From Chthoniobacteraceae bacterium (GTDB taxonomy: Bacteria; Verrucomicrobiota; Verrucomicrobiia; Chthoniobacterales; Chthoniobacteraceae): a stretch of DNA of 57,068 nucleotides. This document shows, piece by piece, positions 47,267 through 57,068 of the stretch. A model generated the notes under the pieces. The model did no database searches. It saw nothing but the letters and a program-made list of their open reading frames with translations, and was not told where the DNA came from. The position numbers and the translations under genes are program-made. The stretch's first letter is position 1, and every line of letters starts with the position of its first letter. The stretch spans positions 1 to 57,068 of the forward strand of contig JANNWY010000229.1 in NCBI GenBank assembly GCA_031409335.1. Reading direction: 5' to 3'.

Positions 47267-49150
47267 CTATATGCCGGGCGGCTTGATTACCTCGGGCATG
47301 GGTTCGATGGGTTTGTTCTTCAAGTCGCCGGCTTTTTGCACGGGTTGGATTTCGTTTTCCTTCAGGGCTTTGATCACCTGCCCGATCATCTCGTGCTGCG
47401 CGGCGGTCGCCTTTACCACGAGCACACGTGAATCCCTGTGAAAGGAAAGGCTCGGCGACGTCTTGGAGTTGAGCTCGGCTTGATGCAAGGTCGCCGCAAT
47501 CAGCTCCTGACATAGAGCCTGCTTCCTCGCGGACTCTTCGTTGCTTCCGCCCAAGACGTTCCCAAGAGCATGGACGTGGACGGTCTGTCGCTCGTTGTCC
47601 ATCAGCAGCGGGAGCCCGCTCGTCGGGTTGTTCGACGCCGTTTGCGGAGCGGTGAAGCCGATGTCTCCGCCGAGGCTGGATTCCATTCCAATGCCACCAC
47701 CGAGCGCCGTCACTTTTGGCGAAGGGATTGGCAGACCTGCGCGGACCAATTGGACGGTGTGCTTCTTCACTCCTTTGTCCGAGCCGATGCCAAAAGTGAC
47801 ATTCACCGATGTCCCCGGCGTACCACGGAGCAAGGCTACGAGATTCTCGACCGAGATGCTGGTCGTATCAATCGTCGGCCTGCCGAGTTCCGCCACGCCG
47901 AGGATTCGCTGGCCCGGCTTGATTTCTGGATAGGTGGAGACCGGCGAGCCGGGAAAGATCGTTTCCACGACGCCGCCGTCGTCCTTTTTCGAAAGCGTGA
48001 TGCCGATGCCTCCCACGATCTCATTGTTGAACGTGAACTTGGGCGTCAGCGGCTTGAGGCTCGCCTCGAGTCGTGCCCCATCCACACGAAGCTCCAGATC
48101 GTAATTCGGCTCCGCACTCGAGCGGTCCGCGACGGGTGTCTGCATCGCTTCGGAGCGCAGGCCGGGCGATTTGTCATTCTCCCGGAAAACCGCCTGCCAC
48201 TGCTTGTCCACCGGCAGTTCAAATTGGAAAGTCCCGTCGTCGTTGGTTGGCCCGTCTGCAATGAGGCCTGTAGGGTTCGTGCCGTCCTTCACATAAAACG
48301 CGAGCGGCCTTTTGCCAAGGGGCTTGCCGTCCTTGTCGAGCAGGCGTCCTCGCACGATGGCGGGAATCGTTGCAGCTGTTTCGCGCACAGCAGCCTCCAG
48401 CGACCTCTGCACTTGCAGGAGGTCATTGTCAGATGCGATCACGCCCGGATGATTCCGGCCATACGCCTCCCTCAACGATTGAAGTTTTGCACGCGCCGCT
48501 GCGAGATCCGATCCAATTTTCGCACTGCCTGATCCGATATCCACATATTGCTTGGCCGTTGTCATCGGGTCGCGCGCTTTCGCCGGCTCCCGGACAATGC
48601 GATAGCCGATGATTTGCTGCGGTTTTCCGGGCGAAGCCGACTCCCCAGCGGGAGCAAAAATCGGCTCCATCGCGCAACCCGCCGCTGCACACGCCAGCGC
48701 CAGCGCCTGCACGGGCGACACTCCCCGCAGGCGGAGGCTGCCCGGCACTGCGGCATCCCGACTGTCGGCACTAAAGATGATGTTTGGCATCACGGGCTCG
48801 GGCTCTGCACCGCCGTTGAGCGCCCAATCCCGAATGACCTCCTCAATTTCAGCGACAACGCCGCTCAATTTCCCCGCGGACAGCATCACGCTCATTTCTG
48901 CGGTCGGGCGCGGCGGTTTGACGGTTGGCTGGGGAATTGGGCTGGCCTCTTTTGGAATCGGAACTCCCAAGTCCACATCGAGTTTTTTTGGAGCACCGTC
49001 GGTCGTCACTTTGGGAACAGGCTTGGTCTGCGGCGCACCGCCACTAGCCAATGGTTCGGGTTCATTCGGTGGCAGAATGGGATCTGCCTGTGCCTGAACG
49101 TGAGCCGCCATGCCGAGCACGACCGCCGAGATGAGTGAATGTAGTTTCAT
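47267..49150 (-). CDS. Secreted multidomain protein with PDZ domain and secretin-N-like segments
   Basis: Signal peptide; GGIGITL...IFPGSP...LLRGTPGTSV (PDZ); C-terminal VLVVKATAAQHEMIGQVIKAL. Confidence 0.65.
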   Translation of the reverse strand: MKLHSLISAVVLGMAAHVQAQADPILPPNEPEPLASGGAPQTKPVPKVTTDGAPKKLDVDLGVPIPKEASPIPQPTVKPPRPTAEMSVMLSAGKLSGVVAEIEEVIRDWALNGGAEPEPVMPNIIFSADSRDAAVPGSLRLRGVSPVQALALACAAAGCAMEPIFAPAGESASPGKPQQIIGYRIVREPAKARDPMTTAKQYVDIGSGSAKIGSDLAAARAKLQSLREAYGRNHPGVIASDNDLLQVQRSLEAAVRETAATIPAIVRGRLLDKDGKPLGKRPLAFYVKDGTNPTGLIADGPTNDDGTFQFELPVDKQWQAVFRENDKSPGLRSEAMQTPVADRSSAEPNYDLELRVDGARLEASLKPLTPKFTFNNEIVGGIGITLSKKDDGGVVETIFPGSPVSTYPEIKPGQRILGVAELGRPTIDTTSISVENLVALLRGTPGTSVNVTFGIGSDKGVKKHTVQLVRAGLPIPSPKVTALGGGIGMESSLGGDIGFTAPQTASNNPTSGLPLLMDNERQTVHVHALGNVLGGSNEESARKQALCQELIAATLHQAELNSKTSPSLSFHRDSRVLVVKATAAQHEMIGQVIKALKENEIQPVQKAGDLKNKPIEPMPEVIKPPGI

Positions 49151-49258
49151 GATAAATGATGAGTTGGACTTCATCCCGTATCACGACAGCGGTGCCGGAA
49201 ACCCACGCAGTATTTTTCTTCGGCAGCGATTCCCAGCGCTCCGGCTGTGTTGGGTCGC

Positions 49259-49483
49259 CTACTTTTTTGCCGGGCTCTCCGGATCGTCCGTGGGCTCGCC
49301 GATGGCCTTGGAGAGCAGTTGATTTGAGTGCAACGCGGGCCAAACCAGCAGAAGCGGAATGAGTATCGGCCACGGAAACTTCGTGGATGCCAGGCCGAAA
49401 TGGAGGATCAGCGGAAGGACGATCGCGGCGACCCACAGGCAGGCATTTGCGGTGAGCATTTTCTTCCTTTCGGATTTAGTCAT
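49259..49483 (-). CDS. Small two-TM hypothetical protein
   Basis: Two hydrophobic helices in 74 aa. Confidence 0.55.
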   Translation of the reverse strand: MTKSERKKMLTANACLWVAAIVLPLILHFGLASTKFPWPILIPLLLVWPALHSNQLLSKAIGEPTDDPESPAKK

Positions 49484-49626
49484 AGGTCACATTCCAGCGA
49501 TTAAGATGATTGGGAATATGCTCTGCCTCTACTCTTCATCCGCCGGAGAAGCGAGAATGTTTCACGAGTCCTTCCGGTGCGCGCGGACGAGGTGCGCGAG
49601 CGCGTTTCTTATCCCCCGAATCAAAA

Positions 49627-50514
49627 CTATTTACCGGGCTTGGCGGGCAGCCATGGGACTGCGGGCCATCTCGGGAAGTTCTGCACCATTTGTGGCTCCG
49701 ACGTGCCGGGTGCCGGGGCGATGGTTCTGGTTTCAATTCCGGCACCGAGGTTGACGATCTGCGTGAGGTTGGGGGTTAGTTTGGAATTGGCTGGGATGAG
49801 AGGGCGGAGTTGCCAGAGGAGTTGGGTCAGGGATGCGCTGCGGCGCTCGCGCCATCCGGGTGCTTCGTGGCTGGGGTAGGTGAGCCCGGCGGTTTTCATC
49901 GTGGCGAAGTGCGCCTTGATGATCGCCTCGGCTTGCTGGGTTTGCGTGTCGCTGAGAGCGAAGGTTTCGCGCAGCGCGGTGGATTGCAGCGAGGCGATCT
50001 CAGCGGGATTATCCTCAAAAGCGGAGATTTCCGGTGCCCAGGTGGCAAACTTCATGAAAGCCTTCACGACGCAGTCGCTCAGATCGTCCGCGTTGAGGCC
50101 TCTTCGTTTCAGTTCCTGCTGCATTTCCTCGGGGTCCGACGAGATCAGCTTGGCATACTGGCCGAATTCGGCACCCATGTCCGTGATCCGCCCGAAGGAC
50201 TCCGTGATCTCAGTGTCGAGCGATGGCGGGATAGTCTTCTGTAATGCCGCAGTTTCCGTTTGGATGCTGACGGTCGCTTCCTCGATACTATGCAGCTCGG
50301 CACGCAAGGCGGTGTTGTTTTCCATCAGGGTTCTCGCTTCGTTTTCTGCAACCTCGGCAGCGCGATCATCGGGCGGTGGTGGTGGAGCAAGCTCGGCACG
50401 CTGCGTGGCAATGGCGGTCTGGAGGGCGGTGTTTTCGCCGCTACCGTGGCGCAGCCACAGCGCGGCAACGATCACGAGCAGCAGCACCGGAGAGTAGAGC
50501 ATGTATTTTTTCAT
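49627..50514 (-). CDS. Hypothetical TM + coiled-coil protein resembling the C-terminal extension of the upstream sigma
   Basis: ATGA overlap; shared motifs (SFGRITDM vs SHGKIEDL; EDNPAEIA vs EDRPADVA; WRERRSAS vs WIARRAAAS). Confidence 0.72.
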   Translation of the reverse strand: MKKYMLYSPVLLLVIVAALWLRHGSGENTALQTAIATQRAELAPPPPPDDRAAEVAENEARTLMENNTALRAELHSIEEATVSIQTETAALQKTIPPSLDTEITESFGRITDMGAEFGQYAKLISSDPEEMQQELKRRGLNADDLSDCVVKAFMKFATWAPEISAFEDNPAEIASLQSTALRETFALSDTQTQQAEAIIKAHFATMKTAGLTYPSHEAPGWRERRSASLTQLLWQLRPLIPANSKLTPNLTQIVNLGAGIETRTIAPAPGTSEPQMVQNFPRWPAVPWLPAKPGK

Positions 50515-52004
50515 GGCTTGCTCGCGCGTGGCTGCGGCGTGGCTTTTGCATCACCGCCGAGGGAGCTGAACTCTTCGATGGAAAGACCATTCAGTAATCC
50601 CTCGGAGTTTTCGAAAATGGGATGGTTGCGAGCTTCCGGCGGGAGCAGCGCCTTCACATGTGTCTCCATCTCTGCGCTGGCGGCCGCGCGTCGTGCGATC
50701 CACGACTCGGCGTTTTCCTTGGGACGCAGCGAGTAGATGAGGCTGTCGTTCTTGAGCCGGTCGAAGTCAGCCAGAAGAGTGCTCTCAATACGCGGACGAA
50801 GAGCGGCGGGCAGCTTGATGGCTTCCTCCAAAGCGATGGCGAAATAATGCGCCACATCTGCCGGGCGATCCTCAAGCTTGAGGACGAGCTTCTGCAAGGG
50901 CATGAGACTCATGAGGTCAGCCGCCATTGTCGCCGATAACTCCGCCTCTTTGGCCGTTCGCGCGCTGGCATCCAGTTCCTCCAAGGCGGCCGCCGCCTCC
51001 ATCATCGGAATCAACTTCTTCATCATTGAGCGGGCGAGGTCTTCGATCTTGCCGTGGGAAACGACGACCTCCTCTTCCAGTCGCTTCACCTTCGCCTGGG
51101 TCTCGGCCAGCGCGGTCTGCGCATCCTCTTGCGCCCGGCGCGCTACGGCGAGGCGCGCATGCAAAGCAGCGGCCTCGGCCTGAAGGGCGGAGTGATCGCG
51201 CAGGACGGGCGGTGCGACTGCGGCAGGCCGCGGCTGCTGCTGGAGTGCGGCGAGCTCGTGGCGCAATTCGGAGTTCGCGTGGGACTGCCAAGCGATGGGG
51301 ACGGCGGCGGCGAGGGTGATGACGGCGGCGATTTTGACAGCGGTGCGGGCCATGACCGTAGTGAGGGTGAGTGATAGTGGAGTTGCGGCGGTTAATGTTG
51401 TAGCCACTGCGACGGATGATGTGCCCATTTGCAGAGCAGTGGCACCTGCGAGCAATGACGCAGCGGAACCTCCAAACCCGCGCTTCCGCAACTGTGCGCC
51501 GAGGCTTTGGATTCCGCGTGAGATGCGCTTTCTCACGGCGGCTTCCGTGAGACCCAAAGCTGTGGACATCTCCGCATAAGAGCGATCTTTCAGATGATGC
51601 ATCACAACAGCCTCACGTTCGGAATCCGGCAGTGTGGCAAGCACCTCTTCCAGCATGGGCCAGACATCGCTCTCCAGTGCGGCAGGGCTATCCAAGGGGA
51701 GTTGTTCGTGCCTGCGGTTCCTCCCTGTCTCACTGCGAACCATGCGAAGGGCAAAGTGACGCGCGGCATGGTGCAGCCAGCCCGTGAGGCTCGTGCGGTC
51801 CGTGAGCATCCACGCTTTTTGGGCCAAGGTGGCAAATACCTGCTGCGCCACATCGCGTGCGAGTTCAGCATTTCCCGTGATCCGTGATGCGGTTCCAATG
51901 ACTAGCCGTTCATGCGCCCGCACCAGCGCCGCAAATGCAGCCTCATCCCCGGCCTGCATGTAGCGGGAGAGAAGGTCCGCATCGGTGGGTGGGCTGGTGT
52001 GCAT
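50511..52004 (-). CDS. ECF sigma-70 factor with fused TM and C-terminal extension
   Basis: TDADLLSRY..GDEAAFAALVRAH, ARDVAQQVF, LTGWLH, EAAVRKRISRG; TM segment then coiled coil. Confidence 0.88.
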   Translation of the reverse strand: MHTSPPTDADLLSRYMQAGDEAAFAALVRAHERLVIGTASRITGNAELARDVAQQVFATLAQKAWMLTDRTSLTGWLHHAARHFALRMVRSETGRNRRHEQLPLDSPAALESDVWPMLEEVLATLPDSEREAVVMHHLKDRSYAEMSTALGLTEAAVRKRISRGIQSLGAQLRKRGFGGSAASLLAGATALQMGTSSVAVATTLTAATPLSLTLTTVMARTAVKIAAVITLAAAVPIAWQSHANSELRHELAALQQQPRPAAVAPPVLRDHSALQAEAAALHARLAVARRAQEDAQTALAETQAKVKRLEEEVVVSHGKIEDLARSMMKKLIPMMEAAAALEELDASARTAKEAELSATMAADLMSLMPLQKLVLKLEDRPADVAHYFAIALEEAIKLPAALRPRIESTLLADFDRLKNDSLIYSLRPKENAESWIARRAAASAEMETHVKALLPPEARNHPIFENSEGLLNGLSIEEFSSLGGDAKATPQPRASKP

Positions 52005-52006
52005 GG

Positions 52007-52300
52007 TCAAAGGCGTGAGCCGAGTTCCCATTGGTGGAGCCTTCCCGTCACCGACAGCCAGACCAGGACCACTGCCGCCATCCACATGACTGTCAGCAAA
52101 CAGACCGCTGCCGTCAGCGAGCCGCTTCGACTGCGGAAGCGGTCTGGAATCGCTGCGGCGTAGGCGGCCAGCACCAAAGTGCAGCCGATCATCATCGCCG
52201 CTGCCCCGTATCGTGGCAGGACGAACAGGATGGCGACAAAACACGCGAGCCCGAAGAATGGGTGCTCGACTAAATTCTTTAATGGGAGGGGCTTGTTCAT
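52007..52300 (-). CDS. Small three-TM hypothetical protein
   Basis: MNKPLPLKNLVEHPFFG followed by hydrophobic helices; ends 2 nt before the sigma start. Confidence 0.55.
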   Translation of the reverse strand: MNKPLPLKNLVEHPFFGLACFVAILFVLPRYGAAAMMIGCTLVLAAYAAAIPDRFRSRSGSLTAAVCLLTVMWMAAVVLVWLSVTGRLHQWELGSRL

Positions 52301-52416
52301 GGCTGGTGGCGGTGGCTGGGCTGCATGGTCATGAGTGGTATCCCAGCAGACTGGCGATCTGTGACAGCGAGGTTGGATCCGCTGCGATTTTTGTTGCGAT
52401 GAGCAATCTTGGTCAC

Positions 52417-53349
52417 TCACCGAGACGCGTCCCGCAGCACTTCAAGAAACAGATCGGGTTGCTCATACATGGGAAGATGGGCGGAGTCGGGAAATACGAT
52501 GAGCTTCTTCCCGGTAGGCGCCTCCAAGTGATCGACATACTGCTTCACCAGATCCGTGGGGCTATTCGTGTCGTGCTGGCCTTGCACAAAATAGACGGGA
52601 ATCGGAAGTGTGGGGGTTGCCTTGAAGGCGCTGTAGTCACGCAACTCCTTGGCCGCCACATCCATCGCAACACGCACGGCGTCGGTCATTCGCTCCAGTT
52701 CTGCTGGCGTGTATTCTTGATTCTTCAGCATGGCTTCACCCAGGTCTTGTTCGCTGAGTTTGTAGCTGGTTCCTGCAAATCCCATCTGCTCGCCCCAAAG
52801 GCACCCAAGCTCCTGGAAGGCGTCATGAGTCACATAGGGTGGGCGTCCGAGAGTACTCAATTGGTGCTTCAGCTCGGCATTCTCGCACTTTTCCGCCAAG
52901 CGCTGCAATGCATCAAACTTGCGGGTTTCCCCGGTGAACCAATCGACCGATGTTCCCACCGACACATAGCTCTTAAAGTATTCTGGATGGCGCGTTACCA
53001 TCGCCGATGCGATGATCGTGCCCCACGAATGTCCGACGAGGATCACTTGATCTCTCTTGAACGCCTGGCGCAAATGCTGAACCACGGCGATGCCGTCATC
53101 AACGATCTGATTAACGGCGTAAGAGGCGATGGGAGCGTCGGGGACATAGGACTTCCCAGCGCTGCGTTGATCCCAGTGCACGAGGACAAAGTGTTGCACA
53201 TACGCCTCATCGAACGCCCGCGAAAAGGGCATGGCTGGAAATCCAGGGCCGCCATGCACGAACAGGACCACCGGAGCCGTGGAATCGTGAGCCCTGGTCA
53301 GTAACCATTGCTGCGAGCCGTTGATGTCGATTGCTGCTAGCCGGTCCAT
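52417..53349 (-). CDS. Alpha/beta hydrolase (proline iminopeptidase-like)
   Basis: FVHGGPG, WDQRSAGKS, GHSWG, QGQHD, SAHLP. Confidence 0.88.
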   Translation of the reverse strand: MDRLAAIDINGSQQWLLTRAHDSTAPVVLFVHGGPGFPAMPFSRAFDEAYVQHFVLVHWDQRSAGKSYVPDAPIASYAVNQIVDDGIAVVQHLRQAFKRDQVILVGHSWGTIIASAMVTRHPEYFKSYVSVGTSVDWFTGETRKFDALQRLAEKCENAELKHQLSTLGRPPYVTHDAFQELGCLWGEQMGFAGTSYKLSEQDLGEAMLKNQEYTPAELERMTDAVRVAMDVAAKELRDYSAFKATPTLPIPVYFVQGQHDTNSPTDLVKQYVDHLEAPTGKKLIVFPDSAHLPMYEQPDLFLEVLRDASR

Positions 53350-53409
53350 CTTACTGGCGGGAGAGTATTTCAGTATCGTTCGGCGGGGCCGACGCTTCGC
53401 ACCTTGATT

Positions 53410-54544
53410 TTAAGGAAGCAGCTTCTTGATCAAAGCGGAGATGACATCATCGCAGCCCTGCTTCGCTTCGTTTCCAGCGAAGTTCGTCGCCACGACGAAG
53501 GCAGCATTCCTGGCGGGCGCCACCCACATCACGGCAAGCCACATCGTATTTGAACCGGAGTGGCTGAATGCTTTTCCGCCAGCCCACGGCTGCTCGCTGA
53601 CGATCCATCCCATCGCGCAATCCTGTCCAGTCGGAGCCGTGTGCAGCTTGGCAAAGCTCGCGTCGCTGAGCAGTGCCTTGCCTTTCGTAGCACGGCGCGC
53701 ATGCCAGCCGGCGTAACTGGCGAAGTCCGCGATGGAGAGATGGACGCGGCCCGCCGGAGCGATAGCCGGCGGATTGTCGGCGGATTGTCGGCGGATTGTC
53801 GGCGGCGGGGCCGGGTGGAACTGGTTTGAAATTCGCGCCAGTGCCAGTGTGGCCCCACGGTTGATCGACCCGACGTGCGTCGCCTGGCGCACCAAATCCC
53901 GCTGTCTTCAGTCCGAGCGGCGTGAAAAGCCGTTCCGCCATCAGTTTCTCAAACGGCTTCCCTGCGACCTTCTCGAGCATCGCCCCGGCGATCGAGAAGC
54001 CTTGGTTGGAGTAAATGTATTTCGTCCCCGGCGGAGCCTCCGTCGGGCGCTCGACCAGGCCACGGACAAAGTCCAACCGCTGGTTGATCGGGCTACCGGT
54101 TTTTTTCCAGGCCGTCTGCCACAGATCCGCCGGCGGCTCACCCGGAGCGCCGGAACGATTGGTCAGCAACTGCTCCAAAGTCACTGCCTTCCAAGCGTCA
54201 TTCATCCGGCTGCGATAAGCCGGGAAAACGTCCGCGACCGTGGTCTCCCACTTGATCTTCCCTTCCTCGACGAGCACCGCCGCGAGCGAGGCCGTCATCG
54301 ATTTCGTGTCCGAGCCGATGTGCCAAAGGTCAGCATCCGTGACCTTCTCACGCCCGCCCACTTTCCGCGTTCCGGTCGTCCCGAGCACGACCACTTGCCC
54401 GTCGATCACCGCCGCTGCGGCGAGTGCGGGCAGTTGGTGCTTCGCCCGAATTTCCTCCAGCATGGGAGCAATGTTTTCCGTGGCGGCGTGAGCGCAGGCA
54501 ATGCCTGCGAATAGGGAGGAGAGGAGTTTTCGGAGCATAGACAT
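53410..54544 (-). pseudogene. Serine hydrolase (class C beta-lactamase/AmpC-like family), frameshifted
   Basis: SDTK (SxxK) and YSN lie in ORF 53447-54544; HSGS and the true C-terminus lie in another frame (ORF ending 53410); the shift falls at the 11-bp repeat. Confidence 0.85.
53768..53805. repeat. Tandem repeat (GGCGGATTGTC)x3 plus a partial unit
   Basis: Direct reading of 53768-53800 followed by GGCGG. Confidence 0.95.
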
Positions 54545-54584
54545 TAAAGTTGGGTGAGATGTGAAAGGGAGACGCCCCGGCGAG

Positions 54585-56948
54585 CTAAAATGGCAGCAAG
54601 GCGCGCAAACGGAAGAAGAGTCGCCTCTCGGTGCTGACAGCCGGCACAGCCTCGTAGGTGGCGGTGTCGAATTCGGCGTCGAGGGGCGTGGTGCCGATCA
54701 GCGTCACGGGGATCGTCCAGGTCGTCAGGTCGCGCGAAGCTTCCACGATGTAAGTGAGATTGTGCGTGCCGGCTTTGCGGCGTGGAATGCTCCAGCGCAG
54801 GTGGTCGGCGTTGATCGCCGGACCGGCGTTGAGCGCGTCCTCGCGTAAATTCGGCTCGCCGCCCAGCGCGTATTCGAGCACACGGGGAAAAGTGTCACCG
54901 TCGTCGTCTGCGAGCCAGTTAATGGCGGCATTTCCAAGATACCGGCGGTGCCAGGCGAGGGATGATGTCTCGGGCGTGGCAGCCAGCGTGGCGATCTCGG
55001 CGGCACTGAGCGCACGAGGGTAGATGCGTGCGTCTTCGATAGTACCGCTCCAGAAGCGACCTTGAATGTCGGCACCGATCCTCACGTTGCCGCTCGCGGT
55101 AGTGTTCAGGGCGAATGACGTGCTGTTGGAGATCGTCTCCAGCGTGCCGTCCACATAGAGCTTGATGTCAGTCGAATTGGGTGTGCCGTCGTTTTCAAAA
55201 GTGCAGGCAACGTGATGCCACTGACCGTCATTGATCGCGCGGGTGCCGACGACGATGCCCGAGGTGATTTCCGTGCGAATCTGGCCGGCGGTGGTCATCA
55301 GGAAGATCCACTTGCTCCCGTTGTTGTTCGGCCCCCAAGCTATGATGGGGAGATTGATGCCGGTCGAAGTGGTCTTCACCCACGCCGCGCAAGTGCGTGC
55401 ACCAGTGCCGAGGACGCCGGTGAAATTATCCACGCTCACAAAGTCATCCACGCCATCGAACTGCAACCCGCGGTTACTTCTTCCCGCGACCCACTGCGCC
55501 GGATCATTGGTAAAACCCGTAAGAGTCGCGGGCGGTCCGCCGGCTTCATAGGTCACGAGACCGCTCGTCTGATTGAACGGAAACCAATAGTCGCCACCGC
55601 TGTAAGTCACGGTGACACGCACTGTCGCCGTCGAGGTCTCCGCGCCGTCGCTCACGGTCTAAGTCAAGGCATCAGTTCCGAGAAAGGTCGCATGCGGTGT
55701 GTAATGGATCACATTGCCGACCAGCGTCACGGTGCCGTGCTGGGGCGTGCCGATGCTTTGCACAAAGAGCGGTGTCGGCGTGCCGTCGTCCGTATCATTG
55801 TCGAGAACAGCGATATCCACTGCTGTCGCCTGAGCGGTTGTGGCGGCATCGTCGAAGGCAACAGCCGGCGTGGGCCCTGTGGCGAAAGGGATGGAGACCA
55901 CGGTGACGGCGTGATCCTTGAAAGTCGCCGTGAACGAGCGGCGGTCGCCAGCCACGGTCGCGGGCTGGGTGCCACTGTTTGCGCCATTCAAGTTTGCGTC
56001 ATTTCCCTGCCACCAGATCGACATGATCGAGCCGATCACGATGCCGGTGTTGAGCGAAATGTCCACATTGAGCAGCGATGCGCCGGGATTGGCGACCCAG
56101 AGGTAAAGCCTGCCATCCGTCGCATGGTAATAGGCCTGATACAGTGGCGTGCCGACCGGATCGCCCTTGGCGAAAGCCGGCGCAGATATGGCACAAGGCG
56201 TGGAGCCCACCATGGTGCGCATTTCATGACGTTTAATCAGCGCGGCGATGGAATTATCGTCGCTGCCCGTGGACCAATGGACGAAGGAATTCACGCCGTT
56301 CAGATTCGACGTGAAGAGCACCGCCAGCGAATCGCGATACACCTGCTGAAGGTCGGTGCTCGTGCCCGTGGCGGTGTGGATTTCCGTATGCCACATCGGC
56401 TTGCCGCCGGAGAGCGTCGCGAGCGTTTGCCAGTCACTCGAAGAGCCGCTGTTGTATTGGGAGTAAAAGTGCGAACTCACGATGTCTATCTGGTCGCGCG
56501 CGCCTGGCGTGGAGAGAAACGAAACCGCATTGTCCCAGCCGCCGCTGCTGGAGAGACTGAACGTGCAAGGGCCGACGATTTGCGGGATTGGCAATCCGCG
56601 AGTGGTGAGTGCGCTCTTGAGATTTGTCGCGATAGGGCCAAAGCGATCCGGCGTCAGGCACTGGCCGGTTTCATTTCCAGGGCCTATGTAGTGAATAGTA
56701 TAGCCCTTGCCCGCCATGAAGCTGACAAAGTCTGCGAGCAATTGCGCATATTCGACAACGAGAGGTTTCTTCGCGGTGCTGGAAAAAATGCTTCCGTCCT
56801 CCGTGGACTGCACCCACGCAGGAAAAGTCGTCGCGCCCTGTAGCTTGAGCGACGCGAAGATTTGGACGTTCGGCTTTACCGCAAGGATCCTACTGAGGCT
56901 CAGCAATTCCGTGGTGTATCGCGCCTCATACCACTTCGTTATAGACAC
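54585..56948 (-). pseudogene. Modular GH-A glycoside hydrolase + Ig-like (cadherin-like) + LamG domain protein; in-frame TAG at 55659-55661 and apparently 5'-truncated
   Basis: GPGNET and MWHTE catalytic motifs; VLDNDTD...GTDALT*TVSDG Ig repeat; LQFDGVDD, DGQWHHVA, LYVDG, RIYPRALSAAEI; no signal peptide. Confidence 0.8.
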
Positions 56949-57068
56949 TGGAAGAATGAAGTCTAAGGTCGAGCGGTGTCAAGACCGCGCCAGCCGATCG
57001 ACGTCCACCACCAAGCCGAGCAAGTCCTTGAACAAGAGCGGATAGAACGCACTCCGTGGAAGCTGCAG

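Noticed and set aside
44236..54544. Integron cassette array (many co-oriented unrelated genes)
   Set aside because: No recurring attC-like sites were recognised between the genes, there is no integrase, and several junctions are ATGA overlaps.
43703..55661. Amber (TAG) recoding, suggested by two in-frame TAGs
   Set aside because: TAG ends several clearly complete genes here (e.g. at 17251, 41259, 45070), and no recoding machinery is visible; nonsense mutation or sequencing error is simpler.
1310..56843. Many long antisense or alternate-frame ORFs (e.g. 1310-2998+, 6082-7680+, 17437-19140+, 24541-26634-, 42749-44257+, 55212-56843+)
   Set aside because: They are shadows of motif-bearing genes in high-GC DNA, Arg-rich and without recognisable motifs.
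56979..57068. Possible C-terminal 29 codons of an upstream minus-strand gene (LQLPRSAFYPLLFKDLLGLVVDVDRLARS*)
   Set aside because: Too short and without a motif to call.

Overview
GC-rich bacterial DNA, most consistent with a PVC-superphylum organism, probably Verrucomicrobia. This is an inference from the six sulfatases, the PSD1/DUF1501 pair, a PEP-CTERM protein and an ECF sigma/Ser-Thr kinase pair. From left to right the window holds: a partial Ser/Thr kinase and its ECF sigma factor; a sulfatase/esterase operon; a cytochrome-c PSD1 and DUF1501 pair split by a RelE-type TA module; a MoxR-DUF58-BatA-vWA operon; two PQQ-type dehydrogenases, DUF1080 and Nif3; an accessory patch with a trypsin-like protease, a class III cyclase and a PIN TA module; three helical-repeat proteins; a Y1 transposase element; and a long minus-strand accessory tract with ECF sigmas and three genes each broken by a single lesion. 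The main signals are: (1) a four-helix-bundle (23S rRNA IVP-like) gene bracketed by inverted GAGGAC/GAGTAG hexamer arrays, with a gene-less copy of the same arm pair at another junction of the same operon; (2) a palindromic insert at every junction of the MoxR operon; (3) an exact repeated ECF-type promoter, GGTAACC-N14-CGTCAGG; (4) an 11-bp triplication that frameshifts a serine hydrolase. All product calls come from motif recognition by eye, and no database searches were run.
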